A stretch of DNA of 64,000 nucleotides from Nitrospirales bacterium (lineage in GTDB: Bacteria; Nitrospirota; Nitrospiria; Nitrospirales; Nitrospiraceae), in the NCBI GenBank assembly GCA_965223605.1, contig CBDCXA010000005.1, positions 254,473 through 318,472 of the forward strand, given 5' to 3'. The notes under the pieces are model-generated. The model was given only the letters and a program-made list of their open reading frames with translations, was not told the DNA's origin and ran no database searches. Below are positions 29,462-38,933 of this stretch, piece by piece. The position numbers were made by a program, and so were the translations under genes. Numbering within the stretch: position 1 is the first letter of the stretch; each line of letters begins with the position of its first letter.

Positions 29462-29604
29462 AGTCGCTCAAGCGATGCCAGTCAAGCCAGCCTTTTTCAG
29501 GTGCTCCGAATTCTATTGTAGGACTCAGGACAAAGACGGGTCAAGGGGCAAGGCAGGGGTTCATCAAGTCCAATGTCAGAGTGTCAGCTACCTTCAGTAA
29601 GCTT

Positions 29605-30189
29605 TTAGGAAGCCGAGGTTCCATCCGTTCGTATCACCTGCATCAAATCTTGAACCGTGAAGAGCCGATGAAGAGTGAGCCCCTCCGCTTCGACACGAGC
29701 TCTGCCGTTTTGTTCTTCCCGGTCAACAACCACGAACGCATGCTGGACCTGCAAACCGGCATCTCGGGCTGCTTTGACGGCACGTAACAAGGATCCCCCA
29801 CTGGTCAGGACATCGTCAACGATTAGGGCACGATCACCATTACCAATGGCCCCTTCTAATAACTTTCCAAGGCCATGTCCTTTGGGTTGTTTTCGAACGA
29901 CAAACGTCCGCCAGGTCTGCTGGGGAGTCGCCAGAAACCCAAAGGAAGAGATGGCGGTTGCAAGTGGGATGGCTCCAATTTCCAATCCGCCAATACAGTC
30001 GAGAGGAAGCCCCTTGATCACATCATAAGCCAAGGTTGCAACCATGTGACGTGGCTCTGGATGGGAAAGGAGATTTCGACAATCCACGTAATAGGGGCTT
30101 ACTTCTCCAGAGGCAAGGGTAAACCCGGTATCGGGACTCCAGCGAAAAGACTCCGTGGAAAGAAAGGCTTTGGCAAGATCGTCTTTCAT
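29605..30189 (-). CDS. pyrE: orotate phosphoribosyltransferase
   Basis: 194 aa. FTLASGEVSPYYVDCR and the PRPP loop ALIVDDVLTSGGS. Confidence 0.9.
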   Translation of the reverse strand: MKDDLAKAFLSTESFRWSPDTGFTLASGEVSPYYVDCRNLLSHPEPRHMVATLAYDVIKGLPLDCIGGLEIGAIPLATAISSFGFLATPQQTWRTFVVRKQPKGHGLGKLLEGAIGNGDRALIVDDVLTSGGSLLRAVKAARDAGLQVQHAFVVVDREEQNGRARVEAEGLTLHRLFTVQDLMQVIRTDGTSAS

Positions 30190-30462
30190 GACAAATTCCT
30201 AACTCGTAGACATGAGACGGCTTATGATGTAGGAGATCCACGGCTTCATAGATCTCCCTATCATCACACTGGCCTACTGGCTGAAACTTTGAAAAGAAAG
30301 GCGATCATACCCTTGCGTTACAAGGGAATCAAGCATTGCCTTACAGCACCACTGCAGACTCCTAGAGATTCCTCATACGAAGAGGTCACGTGGAAAAATT
30401 CTAGGCAACGGGTTATAGGTCGATCGAAGGGCGAGCAACAGGATGGGAGCAAGATGAAAGCA

Positions 30463-30912
30463 CTAGCTTGCTGGTTTCAGTTGTTGAGAGGAAGGAGAAG
30501 CGTCTTGCTCGGCCTGACGTTTTTGTGCCAAGGCAAATAACATGACCCCCACTGTATTCATCAAGGCTTCGACAGAAAAGGGTTTTGGAAGGAATGGCAA
30601 ATCCAGGTCTTTACGAAACGCACGTACGATAAGGTCGCTATCCGAAATATACAACACCCCGATCGCAGGAAATCGCGCGACGATTTGAGGCACCAGCTCA
30701 AGACCACTCATTTCGGGCATGAGGATATCTGCGATAAGAAGGTGAATCGGCCCCTGGTGTTTCTCGGCAATCTGTAAGGCGGCATTGCCATTTCCAGCAA
30801 TAAGAACTTTGTACCCCTGTTGGCTCAGCACTTCAGATATCAACCGACAAATCGTTGGTTCATCATCGACCACTAAGATGGTTTCTCGTTTAGGAAGGTT
30901 TGTGGTCGCCAT
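30463..30912 (-). CDS. CheY-like response regulator (receiver only)
   Basis: 149 aa. ILVVDDEPTI, LLIADILMPEMSG and PKPF motifs. Confidence 0.85.
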   Translation of the reverse strand: MATTNLPKRETILVVDDEPTICRLISEVLSQQGYKVLIAGNGNAALQIAEKHQGPIHLLIADILMPEMSGLELVPQIVARFPAIGVLYISDSDLIVRAFRKDLDLPFLPKPFSVEALMNTVGVMLFALAQKRQAEQDASPSSQQLKPAS

Positions 30913-30992
30913 GTGAACCTCTCTTTCCTATTCAGGGTCTTGCTAGCTGGAAACAGTATTGTAATAAGGGCTCAGAATTTCACTATCTTTAA

Positions 30993-31463
30993 TTATTCAT
31001 CCATCCAAGAATCCTGAGACACGACTCGAATCATAAACGCAAGCTGGCTTTGATCGTGGCACTCAGCAGGAAGGTCTATCGCACCTGCATATTCCGCTGT
31101 TCCGTTTTTTTGAACTGGAATCGAAGGGGTACTCACCACAGTCGCTTGCATTCCAGCAGCTTTATTGCACACAAGATGCCCCTGGACTAAGGTCCCTGTT
31201 GGAAGGGATCCGGATTCTGAAGGGCCCACTTCTCCAACCTTAAATTTCACGATACCCTTTTCCAAATCGACATCGGCATCTCCAATTTGTACCACTTCAT
31301 GTTGGTTAGGGTCGGAAACCCCAAGGGTCGCACCGGTTCCGAGAACCTCACCTAAGGACCTTGTGCCATCGGTCGCAGCCTGAGCTGAGAGTCCGCCTAT
31401 TCCGATTGAGACGGCCACGCTGAAAATGCTGACGAGTACTGTTTGTTTGATTCGGCTCTTCAT
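30993..31463 (-). CDS. hypothetical secreted protein
   Basis: Start chosen at MKSRIKQTVLVSIFSVAVSIGIGGLSAQA (signal peptide); the ORF extends to 31526. No family recognised. Confidence 0.5.
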   Translation of the reverse strand: MKSRIKQTVLVSIFSVAVSIGIGGLSAQAATDGTRSLGEVLGTGATLGVSDPNQHEVVQIGDADVDLEKGIVKFKVGEVGPSESGSLPTGTLVQGHLVCNKAAGMQATVVSTPSIPVQKNGTAEYAGAIDLPAECHDQSQLAFMIRVVSQDSWMDE

Positions 31464-31784
31464 AATCCACCCCTCTGTTGTGTTGATCACTGGCTGAAAA
31501 TTTCTCTTTGTGTTTATCGTCTTCATACAGTTTGAAGTATCCTCCTAAAATGAAATTTAGACATGACCCATTGGAGGGGCAGAAGAAGAGAAAAAAGCAC
31601 TACTCCAAAGGAGGGGGATACGGGGGTGGTCCTGAGAAGAAAAACGGTGAAAAACTAACGAGTAAATATCCGTAACATTATGTTTTTATTGTGATATTTC
31701 TCTTTTTTGAAAGGTCGGCCTAATCGGAAGTATTTGGAGATTCGCCGGGATTGAAAGAGAACTAATGAGAAGAAAATGGCTGGA

Positions 31785-32717
31785 TTATTTGCCTTGAGGT
31801 AAGGCTTCAGCCGATTGTGTGGAGAGTCCGGTTATGGGTTTCCACTCACGGGCCAATTCATGGGCTTTATTGAGATGCAGGGGTTTCAGTCTTTTTCCTA
31901 CCTTTTCCCGGGCCTTGCGGGCTTCTTCCACCCCTTTAGCAGCCGCCAAATTATACCATTTATGGGCTTGAATCAGATCACGCTTCATGCCACGCCCATC
32001 ATGATACATAAGACCCATTTGATACTGAGCCAGGCCATGGCCTTGATCGGCCGCCCGTTGAAACCACTTTGCCGCGGACTGATAGTCCTGTAACAAACCT
32101 CTTCCTTCGCTATACATGAGACCTATTGTATATTGCGCATCGATATGGCCCTGTTCGGCGGCTAATCGATACCATCGAACCGACTCCTGATCGTTTTTGG
32201 TCACCCCCTTGCCTTCGGCGTATCTGACACCCATCTGATACTGGGCTTGAGGATGTCCCTGATCCGCGGCCAATCGATACCAACGGCTGGCTTCCGTTTC
32301 ATTGACAGGTATGACTTTCCCTTGCGTGAACATAACGGCCATGATGTATTGGGCATCGGGATGTCCTTCTTCGGCAGCGAGTCGATACCACCGCACAGCC
32401 TCTCGATGATTTTTAGGCACACCCTTCCCTTGGGTATGTAAGACCGCCGTTCGATACATGGCCTGAATATGCCGTTGTTCAGCTGCCATGCGATACCAAT
32501 GTGCCGCCTCTTTGGGATCTCGATCTACCCCTTGACCCTTATCGTAAATCTGGGCTAGGTGAAATTGTGCCTCAGCCTTACCCTCTTCTGCCTGACTCCG
32601 AGCTGCCAAGAGAGAATTAATTTCAGCCGAACCAGATCCCTCACCTTCGGATACCACATCGGGACTACCCGAACAGCCACCAAGGAGAAGTGCCCACAGC
32701 AAGACAACCCAATGCAT
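31785..32717 (-). CDS. Sel1-repeat (TPR-like) lipoprotein
   Basis: Lipobox LLLGGCSG after an internal Met (the ORF extends to 32750). About seven tandem Sel1 units of the form A..WYRLAAEQGH..AQY.LG.MY..G.GV. Confidence 0.85.
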   Translation of the reverse strand: MHWVVLLWALLLGGCSGSPDVVSEGEGSGSAEINSLLAARSQAEEGKAEAQFHLAQIYDKGQGVDRDPKEAAHWYRMAAEQRHIQAMYRTAVLHTQGKGVPKNHREAVRWYRLAAEEGHPDAQYIMAVMFTQGKVIPVNETEASRWYRLAADQGHPQAQYQMGVRYAEGKGVTKNDQESVRWYRLAAEQGHIDAQYTIGLMYSEGRGLLQDYQSAAKWFQRAADQGHGLAQYQMGLMYHDGRGMKRDLIQAHKWYNLAAAKGVEEARKAREKVGKRLKPLHLNKAHELAREWKPITGLSTQSAEALPQGK

Positions 32718-33070
32718 AAAACCCCCTGGACTAGAAAACAAGAAAAACATTCTTTCACCAGTCCCTCCCTACGAGACTATCCTTAAGGTACATTCCTAGG
32801 CGTATCTATGCAGGAATAAAGGACTGGAAATAAAGGAATAACATGTCTAGGTGGGGCTCTTCAAGTGACCCTCTCAGGGGCTGCATCGCGCTAAGATCGT
32901 CCTTGGCACTTCCAAAGCCATCTGGGGAGGACCTGAATGACCTACTGGTTGTAAGAAACAAGAAAGCGTTGACAATCAGAGGGTTAAAAGCAGCCTATTC
33001 TAGGCGAGTTAGATCTTTGTTCTCCTTATTAAACCCTGTTGTTCGTCATTATTTTTATCCACCATTCTTT

Positions 33071-34465
33071 TTACTCTGAAGGCAAGGCCCGGGCCAGCTC
33101 ACCACCCTTCCAGTCCTTAGGTAGTCGTCCTCCCAAGGCAAGTTGAAGAGTAGATTCGGTTAGGCGATAGGCGCGTAAGGCTTGGAAGTACCCACGTCGC
33201 GTGTCTAAAATTCGCCGACGGGCTTCAATGAGAAAAATACTATTCAGTTGCATCGTGGCATAAAACCGCTCCACATAGGACAAGGCCTTTTGCTGCGCGA
33301 CAAGCATTTTATCTCTGAACAGTTCGACATGCTTCCTATGAAACGTCAGTTCTCCAATCAGACGCTGAATCTCTTGTTTCGCGGCCAGTTCGGTCGCACC
33401 CAGTTTTTTCTGGGCCTGCCGAAATTGAAATTCCGCCCGCGCGATACCGGCCTGATTTTGATCGAAAATCGGGATTTGAAGCATGAGAAGTGGTCCCGCA
33501 CCTTGAGCACGATCTAATTCCCTCATAAAACTGCCACCGGTCCCTACATCACCGAATACACGTGCTCTCTGTAGATTCAGGAGTCGGCGGGTCTGCCTAA
33601 TTTGCAGTCGAGTGAGTTGCAAATCGATGCGATGTTGCTCCGCGAACTTCCACCCTTGATCTGATGAGAAAACACGGACCGGCATTTTCTCAAGGTCTCC
33701 CTTGACCGTGACGTTATGCGTGCCGAGAGGATCGAGCCCTAACGCTTCCAAGAGATGAGCCCGAGCCGTAATACGATTGGACTCAATTCTTGCCAGCTCC
33801 ACTTGACCCTCAAATAACACGTTTTCCGCTAGATAAATATCGAGATCGTTCACCAAGCCCGCATGGAACCTGACTTTCAATACCTCGACCGTTGCCTGAA
33901 ACAGACTTACGTTATCCTTGAGAAAGGCATACATGGCCTCTTGAAGCAGCACGTCGTCAAAGGTATCACGAGCTCTCGCGGCTGTCGCCAGCACTTCTTG
34001 AATGACCAATTGAGTAACCCGCAATGCGTCGACTTCGGCGACCTTTCGGCGAAGCGGAACATTCCATAGATCAGAAATTCGAAAGAATAGATCTAGCTCG
34101 ATATTTGTCCCACTGGCTCCACTGGTGGGAAAACGGAATAACGCCCCAAGGTTTGGATTGGTATAGAGACCAGCTTGTACGACGTCTGCTCGTGCGATCC
34201 CTAACGATTCCAAAGCCACTTGAAGCCGTTGATCATTGAACAAGGCAATCTGAATGGCCTCATTCCGGGTGAGTCCATCTTGTAACAACTCTTCCACGGT
34301 TTTTTTCATGTGTACCTGATCCTCGGGAGTTTGCTGCCACATCAATGACTTCCCATTCCTCGCCAGACTCTCCTGCATGACACGGTCCCGATCCCTATCC
34401 ACGTTCACCGTGGCGCAACCTCCCAAGAACAGCATCAGGATGACATTCAGGGCAGTTTGTTTCAT
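33071..34465 (-). CDS. TolC-family outer membrane efflux lipoprotein (CusC/CzcC-like)
   Basis: Lipobox LFLGGCA and two OEP-type repeats. Its ATG overlaps the stop of the upstream multicopper oxidase (ATGA). Confidence 0.8.
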   Translation of the reverse strand: MKQTALNVILMLFLGGCATVNVDRDRDRVMQESLARNGKSLMWQQTPEDQVHMKKTVEELLQDGLTRNEAIQIALFNDQRLQVALESLGIARADVVQAGLYTNPNLGALFRFPTSGASGTNIELDLFFRISDLWNVPLRRKVAEVDALRVTQLVIQEVLATAARARDTFDDVLLQEAMYAFLKDNVSLFQATVEVLKVRFHAGLVNDLDIYLAENVLFEGQVELARIESNRITARAHLLEALGLDPLGTHNVTVKGDLEKMPVRVFSSDQGWKFAEQHRIDLQLTRLQIRQTRRLLNLQRARVFGDVGTGGSFMRELDRAQGAGPLLMLQIPIFDQNQAGIARAEFQFRQAQKKLGATELAAKQEIQRLIGELTFHRKHVELFRDKMLVAQQKALSYVERFYATMQLNSIFLIEARRRILDTRRGYFQALRAYRLTESTLQLALGGRLPKDWKGGELARALPSE

Positions 34466-35757
34466 GGCGCATCACCTTTTCGTTGACTGGGATGTCGCCA
34501 GGGCGCCTGAGGATCTTGAGGGATTACCCGCAGCAAGGTGAACATACCTCCATGAGTCATAACACCCATGGGTGCATCCGCCATCGCGTTCATCACATGG
34601 TGCAACTTGTGACAGTGCATCCTCCAGACTCCGGGATTCCACGCGATAAACTCCACATCCCTGGTCGTGCCAGGAGGGACATTGATTGTGGCCCCCTGCC
34701 ATTGTGCTGAGTTAGGGATGGGCCCACCTTCGGTGCCCACCACACGCCAGGAATAGCCATGAATATGGATTGGGTGGCTTTGCATGCTCAGATTCCCGAA
34801 GCGGATACGAACCAGCTCGCCTTGTTGAATGGTGAGCGAATCAATGCTGGGGGCAGCCTTCCCATTAAACGTAAACCAATTGAAATCCATGGAGCTTATA
34901 TTGGGATTGCGGTTCCCGGGGGCAAAGGTCCATTCTTGCAGCATGATGGCAAACTCTTTATCAGGCGTTGCTGTTTTATCTTTCGGATGCACGACCATTA
35001 GACCTCCCAGTCCAAGGGCATCTTGTTTCATGACATTAAATCCGGTGTGATACATAAACGTGCCGTTTTGATACAGCGTGAACTCATAGACATGCGTTCC
35101 CCCTGGTGGAGTCGGAGCTTCAGTGACCCCGCCGGCTCCATCCTGACTATTGGGAAGTTCCAAGCCATGCCAATGAATGGAAGTAGGTTCGGGTAATTCA
35201 TTTTTGAGAATGACGCGAATCCGATCCCCTTCGGTCACTTCAATCGTGGGACCAGGTACCGATCCGGTATATCCCCAGACAAGTCCAACTTGGGGTGTAT
35301 GGGACATCATGTGACCGGATGTCCCCGTGAATCGGTTCATGACGGGAATGGTTGATTGATCCATCGGCTTTCCATCGGTAAACACATGGGTCAAGGGTTG
35401 CGCGATCAATGTGAACACTTTGACGGTTCCATCTAATTCAAACCCAAGTGAGGGAACATTGACGGTGTGCACGCGGCCCATTTGATGATTCATGAGGGGA
35501 GGGGGCGGTGAATAGACCCTCCCTTCTTCAATACGAGGTGTGCGAATGGTTCCAAGTTGTGAAGTCATTCCCGAAGCCTCTTTTGTCGATGGCAAACCTG
35601 CAGCAGTCTTCTGGGAATGGTGCTTAACAGTGGGGGTGGGTGAGTCAGGCAGCTCATGAACATGAATACCGTCCTGAGCCAAGACGAGACTCGGAAGCAC
35701 CCAAGACGAAGGTACTAGAACAAAGAGCAGAACAATTCGTGGGATTGTATTTCGCAT
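34462..35757 (-). CDS. multicopper oxidase, apparently two cupredoxin domains, with a Met/His-rich N-terminal extension
   Basis: Signal peptide, then HWHGLE (L1), HPIHIHG (L3) and HCHKLHHVMNAM (L4). The L2 position reads FMYHTG. Confidence 0.85.
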   Translation of the reverse strand: MRNTIPRIVLLFVLVPSSWVLPSLVLAQDGIHVHELPDSPTPTVKHHSQKTAAGLPSTKEASGMTSQLGTIRTPRIEEGRVYSPPPPLMNHQMGRVHTVNVPSLGFELDGTVKVFTLIAQPLTHVFTDGKPMDQSTIPVMNRFTGTSGHMMSHTPQVGLVWGYTGSVPGPTIEVTEGDRIRVILKNELPEPTSIHWHGLELPNSQDGAGGVTEAPTPPGGTHVYEFTLYQNGTFMYHTGFNVMKQDALGLGGLMVVHPKDKTATPDKEFAIMLQEWTFAPGNRNPNISSMDFNWFTFNGKAAPSIDSLTIQQGELVRIRFGNLSMQSHPIHIHGYSWRVVGTEGGPIPNSAQWQGATINVPPGTTRDVEFIAWNPGVWRMHCHKLHHVMNAMADAPMGVMTHGGMFTLLRVIPQDPQAPWRHPSQRKGDAP

Positions 35758-35879
35758 ACCACAACTCCAATTTCAAAAAGACTCAATTGTCAGAAGATAA
35801 ATGCGGTATCTAGATTTGGGACTTGTATGGACAAACAACGCCAATACGTTGCCTCAGCCACACAAGCTATGGGGAGAAA

Positions 35880-36230
35880 TCAAATCAGAAAAATGGAAAA
35901 GAAGAGATACTGCGGTAGATTTTTAATGGGAGGATGCGGCGGTCTATACACCTCTGAAAGCTGTTTAAGTGGAAAAGGATCGATAGAAGAAGTGGTAGTG
36001 TCTGGATCAATGTGCTCGACGTCAGATTGCCATGATGAAAGAGAAGATACGAGAGCGTCAAAACATCCACTCTCGTCACTCGAAGTGTGCTGAGAATGCT
36101 GAGCCGGAAGAGAAGAAGCTTCCGAGTTGGGGATCATAGGACAGAAGAGATTTAAGCTTCCGCACACAAGAATTACAAGAACGCAGAACCACGAAAGGCT
36201 TTTGATCTTAACTTTTCCACATGACATCAT
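35880..36230 (-). CDS. hypothetical small protein (weak call)
   Basis: 116-aa ORF upstream of the oxidase on the same strand, with an N-terminal hydrophobic stretch and a Ser/His-rich middle. No family recognised. Confidence 0.3.
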   Translation of the reverse strand: MMSCGKVKIKSLSWFCVLVILVCGSLNLFCPMIPNSEASSLPAQHSQHTSSDESGCFDALVSSLSSWQSDVEHIDPDTTTSSIDPFPLKQLSEVYRPPHPPIKNLPQYLFFSIFLI

Positions 36231-36450
36231 GACTTTATTATATCCCTAAAGAAGCAGTCTTTCCACACACACAAAGGGGGCTCGATAGATTAATGAGAAG
36301 AGAAAAGGGATTCCCACAGCCCAATACCATCCTGTGTAACGGACGACCCCCAAACTCGATCCAAACCAGATTCTAGGGAATAGATTTCCCAAAATAGTAC
36401 AATTTATAAATTCAATTTACAATTTGTACCATTCCTGCTATATCTTCTAC

Positions 36451-37332
36451 ATGAAACACATTCCCCGTACAGCTCAGAAGACACTCAAAAAACTGGCCCG
36501 GACCTATCCTGCGCTAGTTGTGACCGGACCTCGCCAATCAGGGAAAACGACCCTCTCTCAAGTGGCGTTTCCTAACAAGCCCTATGTGTCTCTAGAGGAA
36601 TTGGATACGCGAACATTTGCACAAGAAGATCCTCGTGGATTTTTACATCAATACCCAGATGGTGCCATTCTGGATGAAGCCCAGCGTTGCCCAGACCTAT
36701 TTTCCTATCTTCAAACGCGGCTTGATCAAGACAAGAAAATGGGACAATTTATCCTGACCGGATCACAACAGTTTGGCCTCATCTCCGGAATTTCTCAAAG
36801 CCTAGCCGGACGGGTTGCCACTATTTCCCTTTTACCGTTTAGCCTCCAGGAATTACAAGATGCCAAAAAATCTCCTCAAAGCCTTGAAGAGCTGATGTTC
36901 AAAGGCTTGTATCCTCCAATTTACGATCGGCAGCTGGCCCCCTCTATTTGGTATGGCAATTACGTGGATCACTACATTGAACGAGATGTCCGGCAACTGA
37001 TTAACATACGCGATCTTGGAACCTATCAGCGTTTCGTTCGCATGTGCGCCGCTCGCACGGGCCAAATTTTAAACCTTTCCTCCCTGGCGAGTGACTGCGG
37101 TGTTACCCATAACACCGCCAAAGCATGGATCTCCGTGTTGGAAGCCAGCTATATTGTTCATCTACTCCAGCCACATCATAAAAATTTTAATAAGCGTTTG
37201 ATCAAGTCTCCGAAATTGTATTTTTATGATCCCGGTCTTGCGGCATGGCTCCTGAATATACAAACAGCGGAACAACTCACCATCCAGGTGCCGAAGGGGG
37301 GATTTGAACCCCCACACCCCGGAGGGCGCTAG
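36451..37332 (+). pseudogene. AAA ATPase with DUF4143 domain, 3'-truncated; its reading frame runs into the tRNA-Leu gene
   Basis: Walker A TGPRQSGKTT and ILDEAQR, then a DUF4143 start (YQRFVRMCAARTGQILN). Family similarity stops at ...LLNIQTAEQL. The final 14 codons (VPKGGFEPPHPGGR) are the antisense of the tRNA. Confidence 0.7.
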
Positions 37333-37372
37333 AACCTGAATCTAGTGCGTCTGCCAGTTCCGCCACTTCGGC
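37289..37372 (-). tRNA. tRNA-Leu (anticodon CAG), class II with long variable arm
   Basis: The reverse complement GCCGAAGTGGCGGAACTGGCAGACGCACTAGATTCAGGTTCTAGCGCCCTCCGGGGTGTGGGGGTTCAAATCCCCCCTTCGGCA folds as a cloverleaf. Acceptor GCCGAAG/CTTCGGC, anticodon loop TTCAGGT, T-arm GGGGG-TTCAAAT-CCCCC. It closely resembles E. coli tRNA-Leu(CAG). CCA is not encoded. Confidence 0.95.
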
Positions 37373-37448
37373 ATATTGGGAATCATGATGGGGAAAGAAT
37401 TATGGCTGATTGCCCTATCCGGGTCAAGCAACCGAGATGACCGTCAAC

Positions 37449-38918
37449 TTAAACCTGAGAAGAACTTTCTAGCTGTTGAGACAACATCGCCCATTGTTGT
37501 GGATCGGGAATTTGCTGGAGGTCTCCGCTGAGCACAATCCGTTCACGGATGAGTCCGGCAGCGGCCGTAATTAAGGGCGCGGCAATACGTGGAGCCTCAT
37601 CGACGAGCAACAGATCGAACCGAGTCTTGGTAAATAGGGGATCCATCACGACTCGAGCCGCCGTCGTGGCCAGCAGTCGTTTATTTTGGATAAAGGCTTG
37701 TCGGTTCGTCCCCTCTTCCGCGGCTAACATCTCACGAATTTTTTTGGTACCGCCTAATCGAACGACTTCCTCTTTGAGTTCTTGAAATTCCGGACGCATA
37801 TCCCGAGCGACGGCCGCCTCCGGACGTAACTCCGCAATGCGCGCTTGCGCAATGTCTAATTGCTTCATGGCCGCTTTCATCTGCCCTTCATAAATGACTC
37901 GGTATTCAGCCATGGTCTTGATATTCTTTCCAACGGTTTGCATAGCGACCCGTTTCAGAAGGGGTAGCGACTCATATTGAGCCACAAGTTTGTCGATATC
38001 TTTTATTTTCGTCTGGTAGCCGCTCAGCTCCGTCAACAACCGCCACTCCAAGAGTTTGACCTCATCCAGCTCACTTTGTTTTTCAGCCTTGTAGACCAAG
38101 ATAGGAGTCAACTCGCGAAACCGATTATATTTCTTTCTGAGCGAGGCCTTTTCATTCCTCGACTTCGCATAAAATTGGTGTACCTGTGATTCAAAGCCCA
38201 CATCCAGTAATGGGAATCCTTCTATCTCATGCTGGAGAGGAAATTCGTAACGGGTCATGACACTTTTATATTGAAGACCGGCCTTTCGAAAGCGCTGTCC
38301 CAGGAGTGCGACTATTTCATCCGATGCGGCATGGGTCGGACTGATCAACAACATGCGCTTATTCGATTGAATGGCTTCCAGAGCCATCTTAATGAGTTCG
38401 GCTCGCCTGTGGCTCAATTCTGTTGACCAGTTCGTGGTCACAATTGAGTTGGAACCGACACCTGTTTCTACCTGGGGTCGGTGGGCCATATCAGCATGAA
38501 ACCATGGGACTAACCGTTCAGCAGGCCCCAGGGAAAATTTTTCTGGAAATTGCGACATCTCCTGCAAACGCTTGGTGGTGGTTTCAAAAAAACCAGCGGT
38601 GTCGGGAACGAGGGTACAGGAGGGGACAGTTTGACCGAAGGCATCAAAAGTCTGGATCCAGAGATGAGTGCCTTGGCACGCCATGACATAGCCTTCGGTG
38701 GGCTCTGCAGAGTCCGGGGGAAGTACGGTCAAAGGAACATCCTCTAGTAAGACGGTACCGGCTGGAACCTCAAATTGATAGAGGTGTAAGTTTCCTTTAG
38801 ACATGACCCGGCGTCCATTGGACACCGTAATTGGAGTATCGCGCTGACTCACCCATTGTGCATCGAGCCCATCACGCCCTTGCACGGAATATTGTTCGAG
38901 GAGGTCGATTATTTTCAT
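37449..38918 (-). CDS. SF1 (Upf1/DNA2-like, AAA_11-type) helicase-related protein lacking a P-loop and the second RecA domain
   Basis: N-terminal beta-rich domain (LHLYQFEV...), LLISPTHAASDEIV (resembles the xSxTNxAVD motif), a long coiled-coil insert, Walker-B-like LLLVDEAP and motif-III-like IVLSGDLQQIP. No GxxGxGKT is present and the ORF ends right after motif III. Confidence 0.55.
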   Translation of the reverse strand: MKIIDLLEQYSVQGRDGLDAQWVSQRDTPITVSNGRRVMSKGNLHLYQFEVPAGTVLLEDVPLTVLPPDSAEPTEGYVMACQGTHLWIQTFDAFGQTVPSCTLVPDTAGFFETTTKRLQEMSQFPEKFSLGPAERLVPWFHADMAHRPQVETGVGSNSIVTTNWSTELSHRRAELIKMALEAIQSNKRMLLISPTHAASDEIVALLGQRFRKAGLQYKSVMTRYEFPLQHEIEGFPLLDVGFESQVHQFYAKSRNEKASLRKKYNRFRELTPILVYKAEKQSELDEVKLLEWRLLTELSGYQTKIKDIDKLVAQYESLPLLKRVAMQTVGKNIKTMAEYRVIYEGQMKAAMKQLDIAQARIAELRPEAAVARDMRPEFQELKEEVVRLGGTKKIREMLAAEEGTNRQAFIQNKRLLATTAARVVMDPLFTKTRFDLLLVDEAPRIAAPLITAAAGLIRERIVLSGDLQQIPDPQQWAMLSQQLESSSQV

Positions 38919-38933
38919 GATGGTTTTGCGATT

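Noticed and set aside
29875-30540. 221-aa plus-strand ORF
   Set aside because: It is antisense to pyrE and runs across the pyrE/response-regulator spacer, with no motifs. pyrE on the other strand is unambiguous.
32904-32918. TGGCACttccaAAGC, a good-looking sigma-54 -24/-12 match on the + strand
   Set aside because: It points into the 3' end of the minus-strand TolC-like gene with no + strand gene downstream. A similar chance match occurs inside glyA. It is most likely fortuitous.
37373-37448. Looked for an integrase, att direct repeats or phage genes around the tRNA-Leu
   Set aside because: No integrase- or recombinase-like ORF exists in the window, and I could not find a second copy of the tRNA 3' end by eye. 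The 'island' idea is therefore only an inference recorded in the findings.
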